Notes: generated by a model from the sequence alone, not told the origin. DNA of 64,000 nucleotides from Candidatus Zambryskiibacteriota bacterium (GCA_048499675.1 JASNZL010000006.1:2089-66088), one strand, 5' to 3'. Numbered from the stretch's first letter, positions 26,460 through 36,897 are shown. Made by a program: numbers and translations.

Positions 26460-27725
26460 TCAAACCACTTCTCCCAAATATGGAAACGGTAAATTTCTTA
26501 TATATAATTCCCCTTTGTGTTTTTCTCTGTAATCAAGATTTCGTCTTTGATTAGATTTCATACTTGAAGCAAGCATCAGAGAAGCTTCTCCAAATCTTTG
26601 TTTTATAAGATCAATGGTATTTACAAAACTACTCTGTTTTTTAAATTCACAGACAGCTCCAAACAAATCAACTTGTAGACTTTCATTTGGCAACAGATTA
26701 TAGAGGGTAATACCTGTCGCTCTGTATTTTTTGTTTTTATCAAATACTCCAAATAAATACTTTTCTATTTTGTTTAATATTTCACTTGGATTATTTGTAG
26801 GATAGTCGAGTTCAAAATCAAAAGTTTTCTTGGAAAAATTATCTTCTTTTATAAAAACCGAGGCTTTTTTTGCAAGCTGGTCTTCCTCTCTCAATCTAAG
26901 AGAAACAACTTCTACGTTTTTTGATATTTCAGAAAAGATAAGACTAAAATTGTTGGAGACTGGCAAAAATGAACGAGTGGCTTGCAAGGACTTTGAATAT
27001 TTTTTTGAAACACCAGAAACATCAAAAAGTCTCTCGCCTTTGAGCTCACACCAAATCTCTTGAATTGGGAGGTTAAAATATTTTGTTATTTTAGTCCTTT
27101 CGGTTTTTGTAAAATCAAGTGCATTTTGTATTCCTATATTCTGGAGTTTTAATGTTGTCTTTGCTCCTATTCCCCAAACAGAACTGATTTGGGTTTTGGA
27201 GAGACATTCATCCATATTATCTCCTGAAATTATAGTTAATCCATCAGGTTTTTGGTATTTGGAAGCCAATTTTGCCAAAACTTTTGTGTCAGCAAGCCCA
27301 AAAGAATATGTGATGCCAAGAGACCTTTGTACATCTTTTTTTATGAGAGAAATATATTCTTCAAAACCACCGTGCCTTTTTGCTTCTTTTTGATCTATCA
27401 AAACAAAACATTCGTCGATACTATACTCTTCTACACAATCTGAATACTTTTTTAGAATTTTGATTAACTTTTCTGCATATTTAGCATAGAGCTCAAAATG
27501 AGTTGGCAGAACGATAACACTCGGAAAATCTCTTCTAATTTGAAATATTGGCATTCCTCGTTTGACCCCAAGAGCTTTGGCTTCATAAGTAACAGCCGTT
27601 GCAATCCCTCTCTCTGTACCAACTACAACTGGCATATTTCTAAATTTGGGATAATTGACTCTCTCAACCGAAGCAAAAAAAGCATCCCCATCAATATGCA
27701 AAATTTTGTTTTGATATTTATTCAT
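26460..27725 (-). CDS. Y-family DNA polymerase (DinB/UmuC-like)
   Basis: HIDGDAFFASVE, YEAKALGV, YSIDE, KLASKYQKPDG, VWGIG. Confidence 0.93.
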   Translation of the reverse strand: MNKYQNKILHIDGDAFFASVERVNYPKFRNMPVVVGTERGIATAVTYEAKALGVKRGMPIFQIRRDFPSVIVLPTHFELYAKYAEKLIKILKKYSDCVEEYSIDECFVLIDQKEAKRHGGFEEYISLIKKDVQRSLGITYSFGLADTKVLAKLASKYQKPDGLTIISGDNMDECLSKTQISSVWGIGAKTTLKLQNIGIQNALDFTKTERTKITKYFNLPIQEIWCELKGERLFDVSGVSKKYSKSLQATRSFLPVSNNFSLIFSEISKNVEVVSLRLREEDQLAKKASVFIKEDNFSKKTFDFELDYPTNNPSEILNKIEKYLFGVFDKNKKYRATGITLYNLLPNESLQVDLFGAVCEFKKQSSFVNTIDLIKQRFGEASLMLASSMKSNQRRNLDYREKHKGELYIRNLPFPYLGEVV

Positions 27726-28312
27726 TTACTGTATTTTCTTATTATTGCTGTAACCACCGCTTTAATTTGCAATTCTTCTTTTGGGTATATTGGTTTAAAT
27801 GTTTTGTTGGCTGGTTCAAGATACAGACCATTTTTATCTTTTTTCAGATATTTCATTGTCCACTCACCATCGATTTCAGCTATGACAATTTGACCAATTT
27901 TTGGAGAATCAGTTCTTTCTACCAAAACCATATCACCGTCTCTTATCCCAGCATCATACATAGAGTCTCCCCTGACTTTGAGCATAAAAGTAGCTTCTCT
28001 GTCGTCTACCAAGTAATCCTCCAAAGTGACAGAATCTAAAAGATTTTCTTCTGTCATTGTCGGAAAACCTGCTTCTACAAAGCCCAAGAGTTTTATCTCA
28101 CCAAATTTTCTACCATACACCAATGCACCAGAATCACTCTTTTGTAAGAAATCCAAATCAATTAGTTTTTGTAAAAAAGCAAAAGTACCAGATTTGGATT
28201 TAAAACCTAAGAGCTTCGACGCTTCAGCATAAGAAGGCATACGCTTATTCTTTTTGTAAAAATCCTTAATTTTTTGAGCGCTGATTTTATATTTTGAATT
28301 TAGATTTTCCAT
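27722..28312 (-). CDS. lexA: LexA repressor (S24 peptidase with wHTH)
   Basis: RMPSYAE, VEAGFP cleavage site, VRGDSM, EWTMK. Confidence 0.9.
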   Translation of the reverse strand: MENLNSKYKISAQKIKDFYKKNKRMPSYAEASKLLGFKSKSGTFAFLQKLIDLDFLQKSDSGALVYGRKFGEIKLLGFVEAGFPTMTEENLLDSVTLEDYLVDDREATFMLKVRGDSMYDAGIRDGDMVLVERTDSPKIGQIVIAEIDGEWTMKYLKKDKNGLYLEPANKTFKPIYPKEELQIKAVVTAIIRKYSK

Positions 28313-28325
28313 ATAAAAAGCATAT

Positions 28326-28339
28326 CGAACGCTCGTTCG
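28326..28339. promoter_or_regulatory. LexA (SOS) box inside the lexA promoter spacer
   Basis: CGAAC-GCTC-GTTCG between minus-strand TTGCAA and TATGCT (17-bp spacer). Confidence 0.85.
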
Positions 28340-28424
28340 TATTGCAAGGTGCAAACTGTGTATTTCTTTATCTGACTTATCTAAAGTGTCTCAAAAGGCT
28401 TCTGCTCCGTGTTTGGGTGCTATG

Positions 28425-28685
28425 CTAATGCTTTATATTGAATATCTTGTTTTTTGATGTAGCGCCCGAAACAAGATTTATAGAGGATTTGGCTACCCCA
28501 AAATGTTCTGCAAGAATTTTTATTATAGCTTCGTTTGCCCTACCTAAAACCGGCTTCTCTTTTACCTTGATTACAAAACTAAAATCAAATTTTTCTTTTT
28601 TAGCTTCAAACAAATTACTCTGAGCGTTCAATTCCTCAATTTTGTTTTCTTTTGAATTTGGTTTTGCTTTAACAAAAACTTTCAT
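28425..28685 (-). CDS. DUF167/YggU family protein
   Basis: VKAKPNS, P..GRANEAII, LVSGATSKNK. Confidence 0.88.
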   Translation of the reverse strand: MKVFVKAKPNSKENKIEELNAQSNLFEAKKEKFDFSFVIKVKEKPVLGRANEAIIKILAEHFGVAKSSINLVSGATSKNKIFNIKH

Positions 28686-28733
28686 TTTGACTGTGTTTAA
28701 TAAAAGTGTATTCTATAAAAAGAGAGGTGACAA

Positions 28734-28973
28734 ATGAAAAGGATGACAGCAGATGAAATATTTGATTTTTGTACCGGAGGACACGGTGCAAGTAAAGCAA
28801 TAATATACAATTTGGATGCGAATGCATTCAAAAAACTCCTAGATGATCCAGACGCACATATTGTAAAACTAAACCATCCCACAAACGGATTCTACCTACA
28901 CAAGGTGAAATTCAAGGGACAAATTTTCTGTCACAAAAGTACAGAGCGTCTCATTTACGAAGCGTGCTCCTAG
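28734..28973 (+). CDS. Small hypothetical protein cassette
   Basis: TTGACT-16-TATTCT promoter, GAGGTG SD, terminator after stop. Confidence 0.6.
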   Translation: MKRMTADEIFDFCTGGHGASKAIIYNLDANAFKKLLDDPDAHIVKLNHPTNGFYLHKVKFKGQIFCHKSTERLIYEACS

Positions 28974-29039
28974 TGAGCCGCTTTTTTATTTTCGTCCAAA
29001 ACAGAACAAAACGAAAGTGAAATTTTTCATCTTGTTTAT

Positions 29040-29474
29040 TCAATTTTTTCTTTTTTTCTTTCCCACATCAAGTAAATCTATATTTTTTTGGTAAACACTT
29101 CCAATAAAAGAAATAAAATCCGATAGCGATCTCTCTAAATTCACTTTTGTTTCGTATCTATCTATAAATTGGTTTATTCTGTCTCTAAGATTTGGGTCAA
29201 ATTCTCCATCCTTACCATTTATTATATCCGTAAACTCATTGAGAGACATTCTTTCATCTATTTCTGAGTTTTTTCTTAGATAGGATTCCAAATCAGCCAA
29301 AAGATACTTGGTCAGACGAACTTTCTCTCTGGCTTCCCTCTCTACCTGATTTGCAACATTATTAAATTCCAAGTCCATGTCTTCGGAAATTTTTCTTCCA
29401 ATTAAATTTATTTCTTCGTTTATTTTTTCATCCTCTGGTGTCATTTTTGGATTCTGTGGAAAAGATTCACTCAT
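29040..29474 (-). CDS. Hypothetical protein
   Basis: ORF with host-like composition, start MSESFPQ. Confidence 0.55.
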   Translation of the reverse strand: MSESFPQNPKMTPEDEKINEEINLIGRKISEDMDLEFNNVANQVEREAREKVRLTKYLLADLESYLRKNSEIDERMSLNEFTDIINGKDGEFDPNLRDRINQFIDRYETKVNLERSLSDFISFIGSVYQKNIDLLDVGKKKRKN

Positions 29475-29687
29475 ATATTTTAAATACCTACTAAAGACAT
29501 ATAATAACACAAAAGCCGACTTCAATAGAAATCGGCTTATCAAGTCTTTGTTGGCCATTTGGGTATCTTTTTAAAACCAATTATTACAAAAACGACCCAA
29601 ATAACTAAAACCGCAACCAAAAAAACGATTGAGTAAATGAACATAATACTACCTCAAATTTGATTATATGCTTGTTTTTTTATAAGT

Positions 29688-29724
29688 AAAGCCCGCGTTT
29701 GGACTTCGTCCAAACGCGGGCTTG
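29688..29724. terminator. Perfect palindrome/terminator
   Basis: AAGCCCGCGTTTGGAC-TTC-GTCCAAACGCGGGCTT. Confidence 0.7.
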
Positions 29725-29847
29725 TTGTCAAAACTCGTTCTCCTCCACTCTCCTCTTTTTTTCTTGCCTGATAGCATACATTTTTAAAAAACACGCAACA
29801 TTATTTATTCCGCTTGTGTTGATAAATATTATTGTTTTATTTTTTTC

Positions 29848-29935
29848 TGCGCGGACTAGTGGACGACCTAATTTTTAATGACTGAAAGGAATATAAAAAT
29901 GGAAGTACTCTTGTAGTGCGATGTTAGAACTGGAA
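29848..29935 (+). repeat. att-like repeat, copy 1 (split by ~54 bp)
   Basis: TGCGCGGACTAGTGGACG...GATGTTAGAACT matches 31647-31675. Confidence 0.6.
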
Positions 29936-30022
29936 TAATAAATAATTTAGTAAAATTTCCTGAGTTTGTGTAATAGAAAACCGCCGACCGTGCCGACGAT
30001 TTTCATCGTCGCGGTCGGCGGA

Positions 30023-30319
30023 TTACTTCTGAGAAGCCGGACAAGCAGAGCTTCGGTATTCTTGAATGGTAACAGTTCCCTGCATAAGACCCCAAGAGCT
30101 GTCTTCCTTGAACTGGTAGGTCTCCGTTTTTTCTCCCTCATGCATGTCCCGAGTAAGAACCCAAAGATTGGACTCCTTCCACGTGACCACAACAAGTTTC
30201 TTGCACGCTTGCAAGTCAATCTTGGAGGATCCACCGTATTGACGAGCCACCTGCTGTTGGGTGCACCCACTCAAAAGAGCACACAACATAATAATTGAAA
30301 AACAAACAAGCTTTTTCAC
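30023..30319 (-). CDS. Small lipoprotein (phage-type family)
   Basis: LLSGC lipobox; AR.YGG...TWK...LW.LTR...F.E.S..G...G.V pattern; GGAGG SD. Confidence 0.75.
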   Translation of the reverse strand: MKKLVCFSIIMLCALLSGCTQQQVARQYGGSSKIDLQACKKLVVVTWKESNLWVLTRDMHEGEKTETYQFKEDSSWGLMQGTVTIQEYRSSACPASQK

Positions 30320-30338
30320 AACTCACCTCCTATCTTAA

Positions 30339-30367
30339 ATATTAGCATATAATAAATTTTATGTCAA
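30339..30367 (-). promoter_or_regulatory. Sigma70 promoter abutting IS481 copy 2
   Basis: Minus strand TTGACA-17 bp-TAATAT with TG extension. Confidence 0.75.
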
Positions 30368-30372
30368 GCATT

Positions 30373-31456
30373 TGTATCCGTCCAGCACTTTTGAGACTCT
30401 GGGACTGTTAATTTGGAACAAATATACTGCAAAGGAGAGAGCATGTGAAGAGCATAGTGGGGACGACGAGTGTTGTACCAAATGAGCCAGTCAATTAGTT
30501 TCTTGTTAAATTCAGGTACATTATCTCGAAGAAGTGATCTGTGATAAACAAGGAACTCTTCATTTAGACTACGATTAAATCTCTCCAAATGAGCGTTTCT
30601 TTAGGTGATCTTTGGATGAGTATTGTAGGGGACCTGTTTCTTCCACTGCTTGTGGAAGTGGAGAGCAAAACTCTGATCCATTGTCAGTCTGGACATCTTT
30701 TGGGACACAAAGGTAGAACCTGACGAGTTTTGAGAGAAAATCGGCGCATCTCTGATCCATGATTAGTATAGGCTGTAGCAAAAGCAGTACGTTTTTTCGA
30801 TATCTATGCCAGTCAAAAATGTATCGCTTCACTCCATCCACAAATCGTACAACAGTATCAACTTCCAACACTCTATATCCTTGGGTCTCCTGAGCTTCTT
30901 TTCTAGGCTTGTATACTGCTCAATTAGCTTTCCAGTCTTTCCTGAGACGGGAGGTTTCCCTCGTTTTTTGGAACTTCATTTGAAACTTTAAGTCATTAAT
31001 CATTCGACCAACAGTTGAGGGTGAAAGGTCTGCCACTTTCATTTTTCAACATGACAGAAAGTTTTTCCTTCGAGAGACGAGGAGTTTGTCCTCTTCTTTT
31101 CAAAATGAAAGCTTCCAACGCTTCCGGTACGGTTCTTTTTTTTTCTTCTGTGTATTGGAGCTGTACTTTTCTTTTTGTTCAGATTCTTAATTTTCTCCTA
31201 GGTTAGCTTTTTAATTTTTCTGCCATCGGAAAAAGAGTTGGTCTAGAAACCTTGAAAGCTTCCTTTGTAGCTTCCATACTATATGCCTCTTCCAGAAAGA
31301 GAGTATTTTAGCTCTTTCTTTTGCTTGTTCGGTAATCATATACCGAAATCGTATCACTCTTTCCCAAGTATTTTAAACTCTGGTTCCCCTAAATTTGTTG
31401 AAAAATGCCATACAAAAACTTTAAACCAGAGTCTCATATGTTTCTGAACTTATGCA
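30373..31456 (-). mobile_element. IS481-family insertion sequence, copy 2 (many frameshifts), 5-bp TSD GCATT
   Basis: Near-identical to 8646-9725; GCATT at 30368-30372 and 31457-31461. Confidence 0.9.
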
Positions 31457-31646
31457 GCATTTCTTGTCGCAAACCTGTTTATACATTGAAAAATAAGGCT
31501 TAATACTAAAACAATACCTTGTCACACACAATCTTCGCACTTTACAGAATAAACAAAACATCGTCCTTCCATATATTTTTTTATAATGCTCATTAACATA
31601 TATTATAACAAAATCCGCCCCAATAAAACGGGTCGAATTTTATCTA

Positions 31647-31675
31647 TGCGCGGTCTAGTGGACGGTGTTGGAACT
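31647..31675 (+). repeat. att-like repeat, copy 2
   Basis: TGCGCGGTCTAGTGGACGGTGTTGGAACT. Confidence 0.6.
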
Positions 31676-31694
31676 AAAATACAAAACATTTATT

Positions 31695-32813
31695 CTAAGG
31701 CAAAGACTCTACATTTTTAAGCCTAGGATATAATATAACATCACGGATATTTTCATATCCAAGCACCCAGGCAATAAATCTTTCAATTCCTAATCCAAAA
31801 CCTGATGTAATTTTGTAATTATCTTGTCTACGTAAATCTATATACCATTCATAATTTTTAGAGTCTACAGATTGTCTTTTTAATGATTCATAAATTTCAC
31901 TCGGATTATCTTGCCTTTGACCAGCTCCAACAATTTCTCCTGAAAAACCTTCAGTTGATAGAGGGGGAAACATTAAATCCGAAGCAATTACTGAATCATT
32001 ATTAAATGGTTTTTGATAAAAAGGAGTCATATCTCTATCAAAATTTGTAATCCAAAATGGCTTAAAATTACCCCTATTAGCTGCATATGCCCTTTCTCCT
32101 TTTGCTGATATCTTTCTACCAAAATTATTCTGTATAACATATTCATTACCGCCTTTTCCTTCCAAATCCTTAAAAACCTCATCAAAAGTAACAGAATCCA
32201 ATCTTTCACTTTTTTGAATAGAAATTAAAGCAGCTTTAGTGTTCAAAGGATCAATGGCCATTTTTTCAACAATTGGCATAAGTGACATACAAATTTCAGA
32301 TAGTGCTTTTATATAATCTTCAACCAGTGGTATTAGATTTTCCATTTTGTCTAAAATTTCTGCTTCGCAATGATAAAATTGATTTAAATGTCTTTCATCA
32401 GGATCTTCTCCTCTCATTGAGGGTAAATAACAGTATAATTTATCAATATTATTACCAAGTAACGGTTCAAAACCAAATTGTGATGAATCAGTAAGATTAG
32501 TTAAATTCTCCCCCAATTTGAAAGCAATGGCTTCAGAATCAGACCCAGGACCCATTGGTGAGGATACACTTGAAGTCATCATAAACAGATCAATATTCTT
32601 TGCTCCAACATGATTACTAAAAAAATCATCTGAAGCCAGTTTAATATAATGTCTTAATATGATAAGTGCTTCATAGTAAGGATTTTTAATAATGTCTAAA
32701 TAATAACTACTTGGAATATATTTGGAAGGTCTTAATTCTGAATTTATATTTTCAATAAACTTTCCAGACTCACTTTTAGCCTTTTTTAAAATTTTTTTAG
32801 ATACAAAAGTCAT
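31695..32813 (-). CDS. AsnRS/AspRS catalytic-domain paralog lacking anticodon-binding domain
   Basis: LTDSSQ, motif 2 MRGEDPDERHLNQFYHCEAE, GEIVGAGQR, motif 3 SGFGLGIERF, IRDVILYPR. Confidence 0.85.
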   Translation of the reverse strand: MTFVSKKILKKAKSESGKFIENINSELRPSKYIPSSYYLDIIKNPYYEALIILRHYIKLASDDFFSNHVGAKNIDLFMMTSSVSSPMGPGSDSEAIAFKLGENLTNLTDSSQFGFEPLLGNNIDKLYCYLPSMRGEDPDERHLNQFYHCEAEILDKMENLIPLVEDYIKALSEICMSLMPIVEKMAIDPLNTKAALISIQKSERLDSVTFDEVFKDLEGKGGNEYVIQNNFGRKISAKGERAYAANRGNFKPFWITNFDRDMTPFYQKPFNNDSVIASDLMFPPLSTEGFSGEIVGAGQRQDNPSEIYESLKRQSVDSKNYEWYIDLRRQDNYKITSGFGLGIERFIAWVLGYENIRDVILYPRLKNVESLP

Positions 32814-32818
32814 AAAAT

Positions 32819-33763
32819 TTATTGATTGAATATTAAAATGTTTTTAGAAGTATTTATGTGAGCAATGCCTCCAATAGGTATTGTGAACATTGGGTCTGTG
32901 TGACCAAAATCTAAATTATATAATATTGGTATATTTAAATCTCCACATATTTCATTAATTAAATCAATAAGTTGTTCGTCGTCTATATTAGCAGATTCAG
33001 CAAAACGACCAAAAACTAAACCTTTTATTTTTGAAAAATTTTTCTGTAGAGATAATTGTGTTAAAAATCTTCTAAACATGGTATTTGTTATAGTTTCATC
33101 TTCTTCTATAAAAATAATACTACCTTCTAATTCAGGAAAATACTCTGTACCTGCTAAAATTAATATAGTTTGTAGATTACCCGCAATAATTTTACCTGTC
33201 GCTATACCAGTTCCAACAACAAGACGTCCTTTATTTTTTTTTATTTCTCTTACCAAGTTTTCAGGTGGTTTTTTTAAATAATAAGCATCATCGGCATATA
33301 CCTCTGAATCAGAAATCAATATCTCAGATTCACCTGATACAGCTTTTTTCATATATTCTAAAGTATATTCGAGTGGCTCTGGCTTAAGATAAGTTATGCC
33401 TGCTGGTCCCAGATAAGTAATTTGACCAGTTTTTTGTGTTATCGCTATAAGTAATGCAGTAGTATCTGAAAAACCTATTGTGGGTTTAAAATTATTTTTT
33501 ATTAGTTCATAATCTAAATGTTTCAAAACTTCATTTGTATTAAATCCACCCCAAAAAGACATCACGATATCAATAGTATCATCTTGATACAGCTCATGTA
33601 GAGCATCTGCTCTCTCTTTTGCAGTTCCGGCCAAGTATCCATTATGAACCTTTTTACATATAGAATGTTCAAATACATTAAACCCATTGTTTTTTAAAAA
33701 TTCATATTTTCTTTGTTCACCTTTTGGTGTCATATCTCCGGTTGCAAAAATTCCAATATTCAT
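32819..33763 (-). CDS. S66 peptidase (LD-carboxypeptidase/MccF-like)
   Basis: AGTAKERADAL, GGFN, GFSDTT (Ser), FIEE (Glu), DFGHTDP (His). Confidence 0.9.
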   Translation of the reverse strand: MNIGIFATGDMTPKGEQRKYEFLKNNGFNVFEHSICKKVHNGYLAGTAKERADALHELYQDDTIDIVMSFWGGFNTNEVLKHLDYELIKNNFKPTIGFSDTTALLIAITQKTGQITYLGPAGITYLKPEPLEYTLEYMKKAVSGESEILISDSEVYADDAYYLKKPPENLVREIKKNKGRLVVGTGIATGKIIAGNLQTILILAGTEYFPELEGSIIFIEEDETITNTMFRRFLTQLSLQKNFSKIKGLVFGRFAESANIDDEQLIDLINEICGDLNIPILYNLDFGHTDPMFTIPIGGIAHINTSKNILIFNQ

Positions 33764-33767
33764 AAAT

Positions 33768-34928
33768 CTATTTATTATTTGATAAAACCTCTAAATATAT
33801 ATCTCGAGTTTTGATTAACATCTTTTCTAGAGAATAGTGTTCTTCATAATATTTTAAAGTATCTTTACGCATCTTTAATATTTTATCTTCTGATAATTTC
33901 AACATTATACTTGCTGAATTTCCAATAACATCTTCATCGACTCGAAAACCTGATACTTCGTTTTCAAACATTTTTGATACAGAATCCAAATTAGGTAATA
34001 TTGGTATGCATCCGCAAGACATACTATCTATTATTGAAATAGGAAAAACATCTGATGTTGAAAATAACACAGAGAAAGAACAGTTCACCATTATAGATTT
34101 CATCTCACTAGGATCATCTAAATATCCGTATAGTTTTACGAATGGTAAGTTTTCCTTTTTTATTTGTTCATATAGTTCTCCTTCCCCTATTACATGTAGA
34201 TTTACATTATTAGTTAATCTAATTTTTTTTACTAAATCAATTGCTTTCAGTATTCCTTTGTCATAACTTAATTTTCCTAAATACAGAATATCTGTTGTTA
34301 CTTTTAAATTATTTTGATCAACAGGTTCAATTTTTGATGTATGATGTATAATTGATATATTATTTCTTTTTATTTCATATTCTTTCTCTACTACTTTTTT
34401 AGATTCATCAGAAAAACATATAATATGATTTGAATTAAGCAACATATCTTTTTCAATATTAATAATATCAAGATGCTTTTCTTCTATTGGGTTTTCTATC
34501 ATTTTTTCATATTGTTTTTGCAAAAAATGAATTGAAGATATAATTGGAATTTTTAAAGCCTTACTAACTTTTTTTGCTGTTATCCAAGACATCCAATTGT
34601 TTGAATGTATTACAATATTTTTTAGATTATTATTCTTAATAAAATTAATAATATGCTTAGCAAGAAAATCCTGCCAAATTAAAAAATTATTATAATTATC
34701 AAAAATAGAGTACTTATCATGACTTAAATATTTTTCATCTTCCTCCATTTCGGTTGTAATTATTGTTTTATCAAAAACTCTAACTTTCTTTGCGGTAGCC
34801 ACATAAGATTGTATATCTGAATATTCCCTTAAACCATTATGAAGCCTTTCTACATAAATACCCATACCCCATAATGAATTAGGTGGATAATCTGAAGTTA
34901 TATGAATCACTACTATATTTCTTGACAT
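33768..34928 (-). CDS. Glycosyltransferase family 4
   Basis: DYPP...GMGIY, YLGKLSYDKG, IGEGE, DVFPISIIDSMSCG. Confidence 0.85.
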   Translation of the reverse strand: MSRNIVVIHITSDYPPNSLWGMGIYVERLHNGLREYSDIQSYVATAKKVRVFDKTIITTEMEEDEKYLSHDKYSIFDNYNNFLIWQDFLAKHIINFIKNNNLKNIVIHSNNWMSWITAKKVSKALKIPIISSIHFLQKQYEKMIENPIEEKHLDIINIEKDMLLNSNHIICFSDESKKVVEKEYEIKRNNISIIHHTSKIEPVDQNNLKVTTDILYLGKLSYDKGILKAIDLVKKIRLTNNVNLHVIGEGELYEQIKKENLPFVKLYGYLDDPSEMKSIMVNCSFSVLFSTSDVFPISIIDSMSCGCIPILPNLDSVSKMFENEVSGFRVDEDVIGNSASIMLKLSEDKILKMRKDTLKYYEEHYSLEKMLIKTRDIYLEVLSNNK

Positions 34929-36076
34929 AATTTATATATTTTAGAATTACTATCATAATTTTTACCTACTTGTAATAATAATTCCCCCACTCTTATCCCG
35001 TTTTGAGAGATGTAATCTGCAATATTTTTCTTAGCTTTATCATCATCAATATCTCTTTTTATAATATCAACAAAAATACTTTCTAATTTTTTTAATACTT
35101 CCAAACGAGAGTCAAATTTTTCTAAGAATATATCGACATCTATGTCACCATTAAAAAGTTCTTTGTATTTTATTGCAATATTTTTAATTTCTTCTCTAGT
35201 AAAACCAACTGTCTGTGAAAGAAAAAAAACAGCATTAATATATTTGTTAATCATTTTTTTTGTTCTTCCTCTGGCTTGTTGAATTATGGAAATAGCGTTT
35301 AAAACAACTTCTAGATATGTTAATGCTTTTTTCTCCAAAGGTGAGCTGTGCTCTCTTACTTTGAACATGTTGGAATTTTTAAAAGGATCTCCTGATCCGG
35401 TTAATGACATTTCTAAAAATTCACGGCCAACACCAAACTCTATAGCTAATTCTTTGTCATCTTTATAAATCAAAACTATATTCCCAACATCCCACCATTC
35501 TCCATTTTTATCTTTTATAAAAATTGTAATTCCTTCACCTTTTAAATTATCAATACCATATTTCCATTGGTAAAAACGCGAATAATCTACTTCTGTTTGT
35601 ATACCCCTTTTGACAAATGGACCCAGGAGTTCAGAATGTTTTTCTGGAACAGTTGGTTTAATTAGTAAATTTTTATTATCAACCCCATATTTTTCTTTTA
35701 ATAATTTAATAACATCATTTACTATTTTGTCATATTCACCAGGTGGACAAAATATTCCATCTATATGAAAAAATGGCATACCAAAAGGTATATGCGATGT
35801 ATCATAAGCATTAATAATATCATGTGTCCTAATACAAGATTGATTAATAACAAAGCTATTTTCTGGAGATTTTCCACTTATTAAATAATCTTTAAAGGCA
35901 TTTATAGAAGATCCAACAAAAGGAACTGTGTCATCTTCCTCAGAAGGATTTAAAGATAAGCTTTCTCTTTTTATGTATCCTAAATCTACAAAATGATTAA
36001 GAAAAGTTTTATGTGTTTCTTGAGATTCAATGCTAGAGCTATTTTCTATATTACTACTAAAGTTAAAATTCTTCAT
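34913..36076 (-). CDS. Alanyl-tRNA synthetase catalytic-domain-like protein (divergent paralog)
   Basis: FLNHF..GY, DDTVPFVGSSINAFK, QSCIRTHD, FF, DVGNIV, IEFGVGRE align with AlaRS motifs 1-3; no editing domain. Confidence 0.65.
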   Translation of the reverse strand: MKNFNFSSNIENSSSIESQETHKTFLNHFVDLGYIKRESLSLNPSEEDDTVPFVGSSINAFKDYLISGKSPENSFVINQSCIRTHDIINAYDTSHIPFGMPFFHIDGIFCPPGEYDKIVNDVIKLLKEKYGVDNKNLLIKPTVPEKHSELLGPFVKRGIQTEVDYSRFYQWKYGIDNLKGEGITIFIKDKNGEWWDVGNIVLIYKDDKELAIEFGVGREFLEMSLTGSGDPFKNSNMFKVREHSSPLEKKALTYLEVVLNAISIIQQARGRTKKMINKYINAVFFLSQTVGFTREEIKNIAIKYKELFNGDIDVDIFLEKFDSRLEVLKKLESIFVDIIKRDIDDDKAKKNIADYISQNGIRVGELLLQVGKNYDSNSKIYKLCQEI

Positions 36077-36081
36077 CTTAT

Positions 36082-36897
36082 TTAAACAAAAAACTCAGGT
36101 TCCTCTTTTATTTTTCTTTTTCGATATATTTGAATAGAGAAACCTAAATACTTGTGATTTTCATTAAAAACTTGTATATGTTTTTTCCAACGTTCTCTGA
36201 TTACCTCTTGCAAATCATTGTTTAAATTTTGAATGTGTTCTTTTTGAATGAAATATGAAACATAGTCATTTATTTCCATTTCTGTTTTTGATGATAAAGT
36301 TTTAGTTTCTTCATGATATAACTCCCACAATTCATTTTCCGCCAAAATCTTATTTTTCCAATCACCGGCATTCATTGGAGTAATTTCAATACCTAATATT
36401 TTGTTTATAGAATTAATAATTTCTTTGGGTGGATCTGTATGATATACAAGTGGAGTAATTATCAAAAACCCCCAATTTTTTAAGATACGAAAGTATTCTT
36501 CTAAAGCTTTTTCTTTTCTACTCATGAAACCCGTCGCTCCTCCTGCCATAATAATATCAAAATATTCATCCTTATAAGGTATGTCGTAACTACTTGCAAC
36601 CTTAAAATTAACCCTGTGACTAATTTCTTTGCAGTCTGATTTTTTTATTTCATTCGCAATTTCCACACATTTTTCGGATATATCAATACCATATATTTTA
36701 GCTTTAGATATTCTTACAAATTCTAAAGAGGTAAACCCTGTATTAGAACCAATCTCTAATATTTTTGTTTTTTCGTTTATATCAATAATCTCTCTTATCC
36801 TTTTTATAGTTTGTTTACCTCCAGGACATCTATTAGTCTCTTTAATAAACGCGATAAAATCGGTATAAGACATATCCTTTATAGTTTTCAGATCCAT
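36082..36897 (-). CDS. Class I SAM-dependent methyltransferase
   Basis: ILEIGSNTG, GIDIS, IPYKDEYFD, EYFRILK. Confidence 0.9.
   Translation of the reverse strand: MDLKTIKDMSYTDFIAFIKETNRCPGGKQTIKRIREIIDINEKTKILEIGSNTGFTSLEFVRISKAKIYGIDISEKCVEIANEIKKSDCKEISHRVNFKVASSYDIPYKDEYFDIIMAGGATGFMSRKEKALEEYFRILKNWGFLIITPLVYHTDPPKEIINSINKILGIEITPMNAGDWKNKILAENELWELYHEETKTLSSKTEMEINDYVSYFIQKEHIQNLNNDLQEVIRERWKKHIQVFNENHKYLGFSIQIYRKRKIKEEPEFFV

Noticed and set aside
30575-31430. IS481 copy 2 as an anciently decayed element
   Set aside because: Differences from copy 1 are almost all 1-3 bp indels with few substitutions, and the TSD is intact; typical of an unpolished repeat in a long-read assembly
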